From the NCBI GenBank assembly GCA_903813345.2, contig CAIIXF020000001.1:31620001-31684000 (forward strand): a stretch of DNA of 64,000 bases. Direction: 5' to 3'. Of this stretch, positions 16,960 through 30,286 are shown piece by piece. Each line of letters starts with the position of its first letter. Position 1 is the stretch's first letter. This stretch comes from Owenia fusiformis (lineage: Eukaryota). The position numbers and the translations under genes were made by a program. The notes under the pieces are model-generated. The model searched no databases. It had not been told where the DNA came from and saw nothing but the letters and a program-made list of their open reading frames with translations.

Positions 16960-17325
16960 ATTTGAAAGATCATCCATTAACAAAATTTAGGTGCTTTTGT
17001 AAACTCTCTTCAGTTTCTGTTATTGAGACTAAATCCATCCTCCGAAAACGGGCGTCTAGAACTCGTACCTCCTTCATGGAAGAAGGAACGTAGTGGACGA
17101 CTTCTGAAACCCTGCGTTCGGAGGATGGACTAAATCAACAATAGTCCCTGATCTGGACCTTCTGAAAAAAAGTTTTGTTGTCCGGTACTTTCCCACATAA
17201 AATGATTGTACCGTTTGAAAGAACAGACTTCCCTCTTAAAGAAAACACCTCTTCTATTGATGTAAACAGGGGCAAAAGGCACCAAAACGGGGTTAGACAA
17301 GGTGGCATTCTGAAGTCTCACTTTC

Positions 17326-18195
17326 TTGTCATCACGATTCCAGGTAAACCATCAGACGGATTTACTTCAAGTTTTCACACATGTTACATGGTAAGAAGTT
17401 CTAGAGCTGATTAAATTTGCGGCGGCCATCTTGCATTCTGGCGGCCATCTTGGAATTTTTTTTCAGATAAATATTGTCATCGCGATTCCAGAAAAACCAC
17501 ATAACAGATGTACTTCAAATGTTCACACATGTTACATGGTAAAAAGTCCTAGACCTCATTATTTTTTCGGTGGCCATCTTGCATTCTGGCAGCCATCTTG
17601 GAAGTTTTAAGATAAATCTTGTCATCACGATTTCAGGAAATCCAAACCGATTTACTTCAAATTTCCACACATGTTACATGGTAAGAAAATATAGAGGTGA
17701 ATAACTTTTCGGCAGCCATCTTGCATTCTGGCGGCCATCTTGGAAATTTTGGGATAAATCTTGTCATCGTGATTCCAGGAAAACAACCTAACAGATTAAC
17801 TTCAAATTTTCACACATGTTACATGGTATGAAGTTCTAGAGCTGATTAACTTTTCAGTGGCCATCTTGCATTCTGGCGGCCATTTTGGAAGGTTTATAGA
17901 TAAATCTTGTAATCACGATTCCAGAAAAACCACTTCACAGTTTTACTTCGAATTTTCACACATGTTACATGGTATGAAGTTCTAGAGCTGACTAACTTTT
18001 CGGTGGCCATGTTGCATTCCGTCGTCCATCTTGGAAGTTTTTAGATAAATCTTGTCATCACGATTCCATGAAAACCACGCAACACTTTTGCTTCAAATTT
18101 TCACACATGTTACATGGTAAGAAGTTATAGAGCTGATTAACTTCCGATAGCCATCTTGCATTCTGGCGGCCATCTTGGAAGTTTGTAGATAAATA
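17326..18195 (+). repeat. Tandem array, 6 x ~145 bp, in left arm of the Academ-like element
   Basis: Unit starts TTGTCATC at 17326, 17474, 17619, 17761, 17907, 18052; ~3.5 inverted units at ~20280-20790; orphan inverted units at ~62310-62600. Confidence 0.9.
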
Positions 18196-18436
18196 TAAAA
18201 TACAGTCAAATCATTTACCACCAACAAAGGATGCTCTCATTCTCCATATAAATAGAGCCAACTATCAGGCCTATATTTGGCAAAACGCAGGCAAATCAAT
18301 GATTGATTATCAATCCCCCACATTACATGGTTGGACATTCAAAGGGAATAAACTACAAATTAAGTGGATGGAAAACGGTCCTGCCCCACAAGAAATAATG
18401 GAGACACATTTTGTTACCGAAAAACAAACCGTTTAG
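18191..18436 (+). pseudogene. C-terminal fragment of an Academ(X)-type transposase/XPG-like protein
   Basis: Reads KYKIQSNHLPPTKDALILHINRANYQAYIWQNAGKSMIDYQSPTLHGWTFKGNKLQIKWMENGPAPQEIME; LPPT..AL..H..RA.YQ..IW and GW..W..PAP pattern normally precedes a Cys-rich tail, missing here. Confidence 0.65.
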
Positions 18437-21227
18437 GTAACCAGCATAGTCGAGTGGATCACTATAATATACTTTAGTAGTCTTTAATAATGTTAGGGCG
18501 GATGAGTTGTAAGGCATACTATGTCATGTTAGATCATGATCTATACTATTTTTATTACAATTTACCAGTTACACTTTCTCCATGCTAGGTTCTGTTATAA
18601 CTTTTGTTCCGTTTCCTATGGCATCCGTGCTTTATACATTTACATTCACAATGGTCCCTTCCTGGTATATTTTTTCAGGTTTTATGACTGTTAAATTCTA
18701 TAGTCTTGTTAAGACAACTTTATAAACAGGTTTATTATTACTTTTATGACTGTTAAATTATATAGTCTAGTTAACACCACTTTATAAACAGGTTATTATT
18801 ACTGGTGTAAGTAACACAAAAAAAATATATAATTAATTTATTTGATTTTATATAACATGAAATTATTTTTTCTTTTCGATAAAACATTGCTTATTAGAAA
18901 TATATTTAGTTGAAAACTTAGAGTAAACAATCAGAATTCTTCTATCACAAAGTTTATTTTGGTTCGGTAGATTTTTCTATACATTATTTTTATGTCACCA
19001 CCACTAGTGACTGGGTGACATATTGTAATAGCTTCGAACGTTTATCTTGACACTGTTCAGTAGTTAATGTGTACTGTATACTTAACAAGGTGTGGTGACA
19101 TTTTGCATGTTTCTGCATCGTCACTACTATTGAAAGCTTATATTGATATTGTAGCAGTGTTTTTTAAGTTCTTTTTGTTGATACAATTCGTTTCCAAACC
19201 CTATACTTATATCGATCTGACACACAGTTTTAGTGCAGGTTTAAGTGATTTTTGTTGATTATTAAACGCAAAGAGCACATGTGTCTCGAACTCGCAACAT
19301 TGTGGATACAGAGCCCATTCACATAGTTTGACATGCTGGTGCTCTGAACCAGCTTGTTAGTTAATATCTGACTAAGAGACAGCTTGCTTTCCCGATGAAG
19401 AAACGTTATCTGCATCTTTTATGAGTACTATAGTATCTACAACTATTTCTGATCTTATGAGTATTGGATATCATTATTTTCAATTTTTCTTCAACATGTA
19501 TTTTAATGACTTCAGTATGAATGGAATGTCCGTCGGAGTTGTGGTCGTTGATGAGGAATTGGTCATTGAACGGTGTGGATGCTGTTTGTTCCCATATTAG
19601 ATTATTGTCTTGGGATATTCAGGTTTGATTTTTGCTTGCCAGTTTTACACTTTACAGTTTGCTTTTCCCACTAGGTTGCTTTACACTTTTTTCCTTTCTC
19701 ATTTGTCATTTTTGTTTATATTTAGTAAGGATATGATACGCAGGTCTCTCCTTCTGTGTGATAACCTGTCCAGAAGATAATTCAACTGCATGCATGAAGA
19801 ACATTTCGTTGACATGATGCACAGTGAAAGGTTTTCCACACATTTACATTTTCGTTTAAAAGAGCTTTAATTCCGTTATATACTCAGATCAAGGCCAATT
19901 TAGCATACATTTCGCTCTCAAAAATCACTGTGCAATAATAGAATTCAAAGAAATGTTTGACGTTTTCTTTTTGATGAAATGTAGTTATTTATTCTAAAAA
20001 TCAATCGATGTCATACACAAAATGCATTTAAGTGGTATAAAGTACAGAAGCAGAGTAAAAATATGTATTTTAGAATATCACCATGTGTTACCCCATTGTA
20101 GCGCCTCTTGCCCATGTTTCTATCAATATAAAACATGATATCATACATCAAATATGCATTTATGTCAATTCATGTGGTTTGAAATACAGAAAAATAGATA
20201 ACATTCTCCTTAGAATACCACCTTGTGTAACCCCACTTTACTGCCTTTTGCCCCTGTTTATATCAATATAAAAGGTAGCATGTAACCTTCCTTGTAACAT
20301 GTGTAAAAGTTTCAAGAAAATCAGTAAAGTGGTTTTTCTGGAATCACAATGACAAGATTTATCCAAAAAACTTCCAAGATGGCCGCCAGAATGCAAGATG
20401 GCCACCGAAAGGTTAATTAGCTCTAGAACTTCTTACCATGTAATATGTGTGAAAATTTGAAGTAAATCCGTTTGGTTTTCCTGAAATCGTGATGACAAGA
20501 TTTATCTTTAAACTTCCAAGATGGCTGCCAGAATGCAAGATGGCCACCGAAAAAATAATGAGGTCTAGGACTTTTTACCATGTTACATGTGTGAACATTT
20601 GAAGTACATCTGTTATGTGGTTTTTGTGGAATCGCGATGACAATATTTATCTGAAAAAAATTCCAAGATGGCCGCCAGAATGCAAGATGGCCCCTGCAAA
20701 GTTAATCAGCTCTAGAACTTCTTACCATGTAACATGTGTGAAAATTTGAAGTAAATCCGTCTAATGGTTTACCTGGAATCGTGATGACAAGAAAGTGAGA
20801 CTTCAGAATGCCACCTTGTCTAACCCCGTTTTGGTGCCTTTTGCCCCTGTTTACATCAATAGAAGAGGTGTTTTCTTTAAGAGGAAAGTCTGTTCTTTCA
20901 AACGGTACAATCATTTTATGTGGGAAAGTACCAGACAACAAAACCCCTTTTCTAGAGCCCTTTTGGAAATCAGATCGGGGACTACAACAGCATAATCATA
21001 TTTGCTAAAACTGACAATTTGGAGTCTTCAATATTTTTCAATCTAAACAGCATAATATGGACTTGAGTTTAATTCTTTTAAAAGTGTATGAAAAACACTA
21101 TTTTGTTAACTGTACATTATGTGATTATTTTTTTTCACTTTTCATATTAATTCTTCACTTCATTCTCTCGGGCCCTTCTAGGTTCACCTGACCACAGATG
21201 GGGTTCTCTTACACGTTTTTGAAAAAT

Positions 21228-21359
21228 AGGGAGTTTAAGCCTGCATATAAAATTGAAACGCCAACCTATACGTATGACCAATCAGCCATACAATGCATCG
21301 CTTAAATATTTTCCGTTCACATTTAGGATGTGAAGAAACATTGCAAACTTAAACTTCTA
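21228..21359. mobile_element. ~130-bp MITE upstream of the CYP (second copy ~25250-25383 in CYP intron 3)
   Basis: TAGGGAGTTTAAGC..CTTAAACTTCTA ends; core GAAACGCCAACCTATACGTATGACCAATC identical in both copies. Confidence 0.7.
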
Positions 21360-21418
21360 CTAGTATTACGAAAAGCGTTAAAAAGATGTCGCGTGGGGAC
21401 TCATTGAGCTCACTTTTC

Positions 21419-21805
21419 CAAGGAGGATTGGCTCCCCAGAGTGAGTGCAACATCGATATTCTCTCCCATGTGTGGGCTAGTACCTTTGCATTCGTTCGAC
21501 TTCACTTCTTAAAAGAGAGCTTCGTCTAAGGGTAGTTTATAACTAGACTCTGCGAGCAGGGTATACATTGGCATGTCATCAAAATTTGAATTCAAACAGC
21601 CGCAATTTTGTTCACTATTTGAATCGTGTTATTTCCTAACGAAAAACGTTCCAAAACTCACAAGAAATGATCGAGATATTAGTTCGAATCATTTGAACTG
21701 TTTATTTTGAATTTATAGTCGGTAATAAATTCAGAAAATAACGACATTTCGAAGTTTTCATTATTGGAAAATATGAGTTCCGATCCTGGGAGCCAATCCT
21801 CCTTG
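21419..21805. mobile_element. MITE with 18-bp TIR
   Basis: CAAGGAGGATTGGCTCCC ... GGGAGCCAATCCTCCTTG; no clean TSD seen. Confidence 0.7.
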
Positions 21806-22282
21806 CCTTATAAAATGGCTATACAGGACGACATTGTTGCTCAAAATATATGTGTGGCATACATGATACCTATATGAGTGAGTCGACACAGAAACCTAAC
21901 CAAACATACTACCCGGGAAACTACCCCACACCCCTACGTGCCCCTACGATATTACCACATTTCAATAAGCGTAAAACTATTAATCTTCATCTGTAATTAT
22001 GTATAATCCACCTCATGTCAGCACTCGGCAATAGTGAATTCTTGGCAGTTGAAAACGTAAACCACTGTAAGTTGGAACGTTTGATCGATTCTTCTTCTGG
22101 TCTGCCGGTATATCGACGTAAACCCCCCAGCACAAATCCAATTGAGATCGATCGAGTAATTAACTCATGTGAAAGACTGCATCAGCCATTTGTGTTGATG
22201 AGAAATCTGCTTCTACTTTTAAAGGTTTGCACCTGATATTTCTGATATCGAATGACATTTATACAGCATAGGCAGAATAATA

Positions 22283-25200
22283 ATGTTTACATCTATTGCA
22301 ATTGTCATAACGATCGTCTTGTTATGGCTCTTGAAGTCTCTCCTACACAGTAAGCTAAGGCATATACCTGGACCTAAGGGTAATATCCTGGTAGGAAACG
22401 CCCTTCAGTTAGACAAAGACAGACTGTATATACAGCTACAGGAATGGGGCGAAACATATGGTAATGTATTCAAAGTCCAGCTATTCCGAGATGAAATCGT
22501 TGTGGTGAGTGCATATGACGAGATCAAAGAAGTACTAATCGATAAATCCAATGACTTTGCCGGAAGGAGAAATGGCTATACAATGGAGTATATGTATGGA
22601 CCTGTAGGTGAAGACAAAGCTGGGGCTCCGCAAGATGTCTCGTTTCAAGATTATAGTGCAGAGTACGTGACGTGCAAGAAGTTTACCCACCAGGCTTTGA
22701 AGCAGTACGGAGATGGGATGGATAAAATTGTTTCTCTTGCTATGGATGAGATACAGAACTGCGTCACTGATTTCCTTAGTCACGGCGGCAATCCATTTGA
22801 TCCAAAAGAGTCTGTTTACAGATGTACCTTAAATATAATGATCGGATTGGTATGTTACATCCTAACAGGACATAAGGCCTATATTATTACGCAACATAAA
22901 TTATTATATATTGTATAGAATTTGCACTAAGCAATTTCATTTGCTGCCACTTCCTTCTCAAAGGTTGCATATACCCTGCTGGGCTCCAGCAACATATGTC
23001 TCATGATATATAAACAAACAAAAATTGAGATTACAATTATCTCACATGATATGAATATGTATTTAATCTTTAGTTGACAAAACTGATAAATGTCATATTG
23101 ACCTAGATACGTGTGACCCTGACATAGCTGTTCGTGAATGAATATTTTATGTTCAATCGAGACAAACTATCGCCTCTCTTTTAGATACTCGGCAAAAAAG
23201 TGGAACACGATTCTTTTGACTTCAAAGAAGTGTACAAAATCTTAAACATTGGCCAGGAGATGAATGAATGTGGTGATTCCTTAGCCCTGGACATTTTTCC
23301 ATGGCTACGATTTTGTGGCAACAGAACTTATAAAGCCTTGCAAAATTTCAAGCGAAACAAAGATGCCCTGTTAGTCTCGTGGATTCAGCAAAGTGAAATA
23401 TCTGTAAGTGTCGAATATTCGCATTAGAATAGTTTATTATTGGTGTAATGGGGAAGTCGCTCAGCATCTTCATATTTTTTAATTGGTTTGGGTCGATTTA
23501 TGTCAACATGACGGACCAGGAAAATGGCTGATCAGAGCTGTCATTAAATGAATCCGGGGTCCTCGTCCCAATGAGCATTCCATCATTACCGCATCGTCGA
23601 CAGAACATTCAACAGTATTTTTTATGAATCTTTGGTGCAGTATCCCATTCATTATTTAAATGTTTTATTTGATAGCTTCAGAGTGGGGAAAGATCCAATG
23701 GTGCGTGTGAAACTTTGGTGCAGTATCTCAGAGAAGGGAAGCTTTCTTATGGGAACGTGCATGGCATTGTCTCAGATATTTTATTTGCTGGTAAGTTTAT
23801 GATGACTATATGAATGGAAATAACCCATTTTCATCCATTTATAAAGTGAATAAATTGGGAGCAGAAGAGCGATATTCAAATGTTCGTTTACAGTGGCGTA
23901 GGAACAATGTACGCCAAAACGCCAGTGCGTAGTGTTGAAAAGTGAGAATAAAAAGGCTTATCAATTTCCCTATGTTCTTTATTCATATTTTCTCATTGTA
24001 TTGTGCAAAAGTAATCTCGAGCACACTAGCCTAAAGAAATGTTTTGTGGATACCCAGTGGCGGATCCAGGAACCAACAAGGGGGGGGGGGGACAAATTTC
24101 TGGTCAGAGAAAAAAACTTTTTGGGGCCTTAAGGCCTTTTTGGCCCAAATTTTTTTCGGGACCCATTTTTTTGCTCGATTTTTTCAATAGTACTCTTTGC
24201 ATGGTTTTTGTGCCTCTATTTTTCTCACCTGGGCCACAGATAAATGGCATCTTTTTGAAAAAGAAAATGTTGAAAGTTACCTTGATTCTACAGTTCTAAT
24301 ACAAAGTAATCATTATTGCTTTGTTTGGCAAAGAATCATTTAAGAGATTGAATTCACTCACCAACATGCTTTATTTCATGAAAATCGAGCCACTAGTGAC
24401 TATCTTATGGATTTTAAAAGTAAAATACAATTTCGCCAAATATTCGTGATTCGCGTTCTCTTCACGAATTTGAGAGAAAAACAGTTTTTTTCAAAAACTA
24501 CTTGATGAACACCTTTGCAATTTTTGTGCGTGTTCCGTAATGCTTAAGCAAACTGTGGTATCATTTATAATGATGACCTCTTTAAATTAGATGTATTTTT
24601 TTATTCTCCCCTATCCCCAATTTTTCAATTTCACTATATCGATTTATATTCCGTTGCTAGGTAAAACCATAGACAGAAATTATGGTTAAGTCAGCAATTA
24701 TCTATTTTCTTACTCAATCACCAATTGCTATTTGTAGTACTTCTTGAAATATGAATGTTAAAGACAAAAACATCTTGAAAATTACGCGTTCGATTACGCG
24801 TTCAGCAGATTTTTAAGATAATAGGTTATTGTTTTAGGAAATATAACATTTTCATCACCCCCTAAGTCACGTTGACCTCGATTTGACCTTTGTGGTGGGA
24901 GGTTTATTTGGTCTTGCGAATTAGTGTTATAAAAAAGGTTGCAGACATTAGGATATTGTATCATTGATTAATGCGTTTCTTAAATCAATTGATCAAACTA
25001 GATTCTTTCACCTGTGCGTATTGTCGTATTGCACGGTACACGTTGGAATCAGACAATACTATATCTCAATTCAATAATTCAAAAATGATTAAAAATCTCT
25101 CATTGTTATTTGGAAATCAGGCGTCTATATTGTTCGAGACATAAGAAAAGTGAGAATGATTTGTGTCGAGATTGAAAAGATCGGCTTTGCATTGTGATTT

Positions 25201-27046
25201 TAAATGATGAAAATCATTCGAACGTTTTAATCACATTAAAAACAAGGTATCAGGGATTTTAAGCTTGCATATAAAATCGAAACGCCAACCTATACGTATG
25301 ACCAATCGCCGATACAAATGCATCGCTTAATAAATACTTCCGTTCACATTTAGGTTGTGAAAACATTGCAAGCTTAAAATCTTTATTGCCATAAAATGAC
25401 GTTTTACGATCATAAAATAGGCGTTTTGATATAGAAGATATGACACAATTGTTTCATATTTTTGGCGAGATTTTTTGGCGTAGTGTTGAATTTACACCTT
25501 CCTACGCCCCTGGTTTAAGCAACTTAGATTGATATCCCTTGCACCTAGAGCTTCTTCATCTTAGTTTGAACTAAACTCTGCGTGCGTTATATTTTAAAAC
25601 CATTTTGGTATCGGTGCCATATCGATAATGTAAGTTATATTTTAGGAGTATCCACGACATCAACAACACTAACTGCATTTTTCTTGGTGTTAATTAACAA
25701 GCCAGCCGTGCAGGAGAAGATACAAGAAGAGATAGATAGAGTGATAGGTGGAGAGAGGCTGCCGACTCTTAAAGACAGAAGTAATATGCCATACACCTGC
25801 GCCGCAATCCTTGAAGCTTTGCGTTATACAACAACATTGGCTCTGTCGTTGCCCCACAGAACTGTCCGTGACACGAGTGTTGGAGGCTTCAGTGTGCCCA
25901 ATGACACCACGGTATGCATTCAGACGAGTATAAAGAATGACACGAATACTAAATATTTAGTGGACACCTGCAATTTCCAATAACGAAAGAAAGTAAATCA
26001 ATAACGCAGATGCGAGTAGGTAGTTACCAGTTTCACCACCAGGTGGCTCGTTCGGGTCAGATAGCATGGCGGGTATAGTAGAAAAATCCCCTTAACTTAA
26101 ATAACATCTGTTTTAGTGGTTCAATTTTCATATAACCCTTATGTATCTAATAGTTATGCAAATCAAAATATGTCCAGTAAATGAAAATGTTATCTGACCA
26201 ATACAAGAAAAGATATTTCACTTTTTGTGATTTTGTAACATGGGCTCTATGGAGAATCAACCCGAACTAGAAGTCACACTTTCAAAAATAATGAAATTTT
26301 CAAACTTGATAAACAATTTTCGAATCCATATTTCTAGATGTACTTTTACATGTAGATTTCAAATATAACATCGCTTTGACTGAATTTTGAATATTTAATG
26401 GCGTAAATCAAGATTTTTTCTACTCGCATCTAGTCTATTAGGTGTTGAATGTATCAAAGTTACAATGGCCAACCATCAAAATTAAAGATCAATTCATATT
26501 GCAATCCATGCAACTCAAGCTTGGCATCCAAGTTTTTAGATAGTTTTACATAATGTACTTTTTTTCTTTTCGTTATTTTATGAAGGTCTGGGTGAATCTA
26601 TGGGCAATGCATCACGATGATAGATACTTCGAAGACCCATATACCTACAGAGTTGAAAGGTTCCTGGGTGAAGATGGTGATTTGCTACCACCGAATGAAA
26701 GAAAATCGTAAGATAACTAATAACATATTTAAATACGAGTAGTATCAAAAACTAGATCCTTTCGCTCAAACCGCGTGACTTTTGTATCCTTAATAAAATC
26801 TGATATTGTTTTAGATTTTTGCCATTTGGTGTGGGAAGAAGAGTTTGCCTTGGAGAAACATTAGCCAGGGCCCGACTGTTCTTATTTGTTGCCAGTCTCC
26901 TACAAAAGGTTGACATTCTCCCAGAAAATGAAACCAATATACCAGACCCAGATCCTGCCAAGTTTAACTACGCTATGGTGAACATTCCGACTCCTTTCAA
27001 CATAGTTGTCAAACAGAGGAAATTATGGAATGGAGGTGCAAAATGA
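22283..27046 (+). CDS. Cytochrome P450, clan 2-like (CYP17/CYP1/CYP2-related), 506 aa
   Basis: Exons 22283-22849, 23185-23403, 23676-23790, 25646-25911, 26586-26707, 26815-27046 (1521 nt, in phase). N-terminal anchor, PGP hinge, I-helix FAGVSTT, EALR, VNLWAMHHD, VERF, haem motif FGVGRRVCLG. Confidence 0.93.
23891..25512. mobile_element. hAT-like MITE with nested insertions in CYP intron 3
   Basis: CAGTGGCGTAGG ... CCTACGCCCCTG ends; nested CAGTGGCGGATCCAGG head at ~24055; TSD not recovered. Confidence 0.55.
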
Positions 27047-27608
27047 TTCGAGCTAAAAGTGGATAATCTTGCAGCATAATCATTTTAAAGGCAGAAAAAT
27101 TCTAAATTAAATATGAGTTTTTGATTTAATTACTCCTTATTCTAAGTGTATTATACGTCTTGTAATCAGACAAATTGATTAACAGTATATCAAATGATAG
27201 GAAGTGGTACATAAAACAACTGTCCAATGGCCATGCAACTAGAATAGATCCAGGTTAGATATAGAGTCAACAGAGCAAGCGTGAGTCAGCAGAGCAAGCC
27301 AAAAGTGTAAATACATATTTTATAATAATATTTCTAGTCTAGGTTGCATCCACGCCGAGTGTTCAGATGATCAGATAATCATACAATTAAATTGAAAGCT
27401 ACCCTATGATCATCAGTAAAACAGGTATGAATTGTAAGGCCTGCATCATACTTATGTCCAATCATAAGTTCGAATAATAGTTGTGCTTCAAATATTAATT
27501 GTATGACATCACGAGACCAATGTTAATGCTACCAGGGGGAATCGGACCTGCAGGCCTTACTATTTATGCATGTTTTTCTGCTTTGAAAAATTCGATGTGT
27601 GATGTATA

Positions 27609-28712
27609 TTTTTATCGCACCCTAAGGTGCTATATTGTAATCAGTTTGCCGGGTGAGTGGAAGGGCGGGCGGGCGTCCCGAATAATCTTGTCTACAAGTT
27701 TCCAGCCAAACCGTTTGAGGGATTCATTTGAAATTCTCAGGAATGTTTTTACCTATGAAAGTTTAGAACTCATTAGTTTTTCGGCATTCTGGGTAAATGT
27801 TAAGGCGGTCATTTTGGATTTTCCGTCCTAAAATCTTGTCTGTCAAGGCTTGTCTACAGGTTTCCAGCCAAACCGTTTGAGGGATTCATTTGAAATTCTC
27901 AGGGATGTTGCTACCTATGAAAGTTTAGAACTCATTAGTTTTTCGGTATTCTGGGTAAATGTTAAGGCGGCCATTTTGGATTTTCCGTTCTAAAATCTTG
28001 TCTGTCAAGGCTAGTCTACAGGTTTCCAGCCAAACCGTTTGAGGGATTCATTTGAAATTCTCAGGAATGTTTCTACCTTTGAAAGTTTAGAACTGATTAG
28101 TTTTTCGACATTCTGGATAAATGTTAAGACGGCCATTTTGGATTTTCCGTCCTTAAATCTTGTCTGTCAAGGCTTGTCTACAGGTTTCCAGCCAAACCGT
28201 TTGAGGGATTCATTTGAAATTCTCAGGGATGGTTCTACCTATAAAAGTTTAGAACTGATTAGTTTTTCGGCATTCTTGGTAAATGTTAAGGCGGCCATTT
28301 TGGATTTTTCGTCCTAAAATCGTGTCTGTGAAGGCCTGTTTTAAAAAATAAAAAAGAATTTCCCATTGAGAGCAATGTTAAATTAAAAATTTTTTTTAGA
28401 AATAACTAAACGGTCAATCTTTCCAATTTTCACATATTTTATAATACATCAGTATTTCTTTTACCAGGATTTTTTCAGGAAAATCTGAATTGTAGAAAAA
28501 AGCTGATACACTGTGAAGTAATACCTTAAAACGTGTCTCTTGAGGGTTGTTTACAGGTTTCATCCTAAAATTTTAGAGATGATGGAAAGTTTAGAACTGA
28601 TTAGTTTTGAGGCAGTCTGGGTAAATGTTTAGGTGGCCATTTTGAAATTTCCATCCCGAAAAGTGTATTCTGTTCAAGGGTGCGATTCTGTTCACCCTGT
28701 GGCTTGTTTTTA
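27609..28712 (+). mobile_element. HINE-like element carrying a 162-bp tandem array
   Basis: T-run, sub-TIR ATCGCACCCT (27614) / AGGGTGCGAT (28677), hairpin GCACC-CTAA-GGTGC, (GGGC)n microsatellite, four 162-bp units starting 27687, 27849, 28011, 28173. Confidence 0.75.
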
Positions 28713-30286
28713 TTTTTTTGTCGCTCACAGCACCCCTGGTGTAAATTTTAGTCTCCACTCCACGAGAAAAGGTTTTTCAATTGGATGATGTCATTTTGTT
28801 AGGAAATGATATGGTATGGTTTAACATATGTTATATGAATCTTCATACTTGGGTATTGATTTGGCCCACCCTGTACAAACACACAAAATTAACATAAATA
28901 TACATTTTTATGTTATGTTTATTATAATCTAATATGATTGTATTTTATTGAAGATGGACCTTCTAAATTATTAGGACAAAGTTATACATACATGTACATT
29001 AGTGAATTAAAAGTTCATTCATTGTTACCAATATAAAACTCAGATCTTGATATAATGGCAATCTGTCATAAGGAATGCAACACTTGGTCTTAATTGAGAT
29101 AAAAAAAAACTCATAAATATTCTGCACTATAACATACTGTCTACAATAAATACATAGAACTTATTAATAAATATGATTACTCATTTAAAATATGTAATCC
29201 TATAGCAAAGTATAGCTCAATAAAATTACATATATCCGAGCTTTTAATCTCCCCAAAAGCCATGATCAACAAAATACCACTAAACCAGTAGATTATTTTG
29301 AAATGGTTTTCAAAGTTCTACAACATGCGGTGAATGGTAAGTATGTTACTGGTTTAGTCACATCTGTGAAACTTCGTGTGTATACTCGAGTATTCGATCT
29401 CTTGCCGAAGTATCCGTTGACTTGACACTGGTAGACTCATTCGACTTCACTCATTTTATCAAATACAGTCGATAGATGTCTACGCTTGAATTTTTGATGT
29501 GCCACTTTTATTTAAAGATGTAAATGGCTGCCTCTGTATGCAAACCTACTAACATTGATTTAAAAAACAACAACATGACACCAATTTGCAGAAATGTTAA
29601 GGTTGGCCCAATATTTGGACTTAATTACTGGTATTATTTTTTAGAGTAGACTATTCTGTATTAAAAGTTTCATCTATTATAAAAATGTTCATGTCATGTG
29701 TATGGGAAGAGTGATGTTGTTGGAACCTGAAATCACAACCAGAGGTCAGGGCGCCATATGGTGTTAAAACTCCAACATGAATAAGTAAACAAAGTCAACC
29801 AGAGTGACAAGGGCTATATCTTTTGAATAAAATAAAGACAATTAAAATGTGGTAATAAACAACGTAGATATTGAGAGTATTTGGTAAAATAAGTAAACCA
29901 GAGTCTGCCAACTTGGATCAAATAAGAAGACTTCTGCAAGAGTTTGAATACTTAGGTAGCTCACAACTCCCAGAGCAATACGAACGTATGTTGACCACAC
30001 GAGTCTCAGATCGTCCGTCAAAATTCAGTAAAAGATATTCAGATTGCAGATTTTGAGGTTGACAACTTGTTGAAAGTTGAAATATCCACTTTTCTTCCAT
30101 TGTATAGTTGTTTGCAACCCCTTGGGTTAAGTCCATAACTTGCATACTTTGCAGCAAATTATGAAAACCATACGTCGCACTATGGTTCCTTTTCCTATAT
30201 GGAGCTATTTACTGCCTAAAGGATAGCGGATAAAGTGTGAAACTAGGCAGGAATATTCAGCAGAACTGTGATTCTCCATAAGGCAT

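Larger units (their letters stand above)
17142..20984. mobile_element. Non-autonomous Academ-like DNA transposon
   Basis: Termini TAGTCCCTGATCTG / CAGATCGGGGACTA; 3-bp TSD CAA (17139-17141, 20985-20987); long inverted arms containing ~145-bp tandem units; internal transposase-like remnant at 18191-18436. Confidence 0.8.

Noticed and set aside
17175..20941. Near-identical 79-aa ORFs on opposite strands (17175-17414, 20702-20941)
   Set aside because: By-product of the inverted arms of the Academ-like element; no true ATG start and no protein motif.
27499..28317. ORFs across the 162-bp array
   Set aside because: Translations of tandem repeat units.
17326..28335. Regular repeats as a CRISPR array
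   Set aside because: Eukaryotic context; units are whole tandem copies with no unique spacers and no cas genes.
29871..30157. ORFs 29871-30056 (+) and 29918-30157 (-)
   Set aside because: Fall in the presumed 3' UTR of the peptide gene; no splice or motif support.
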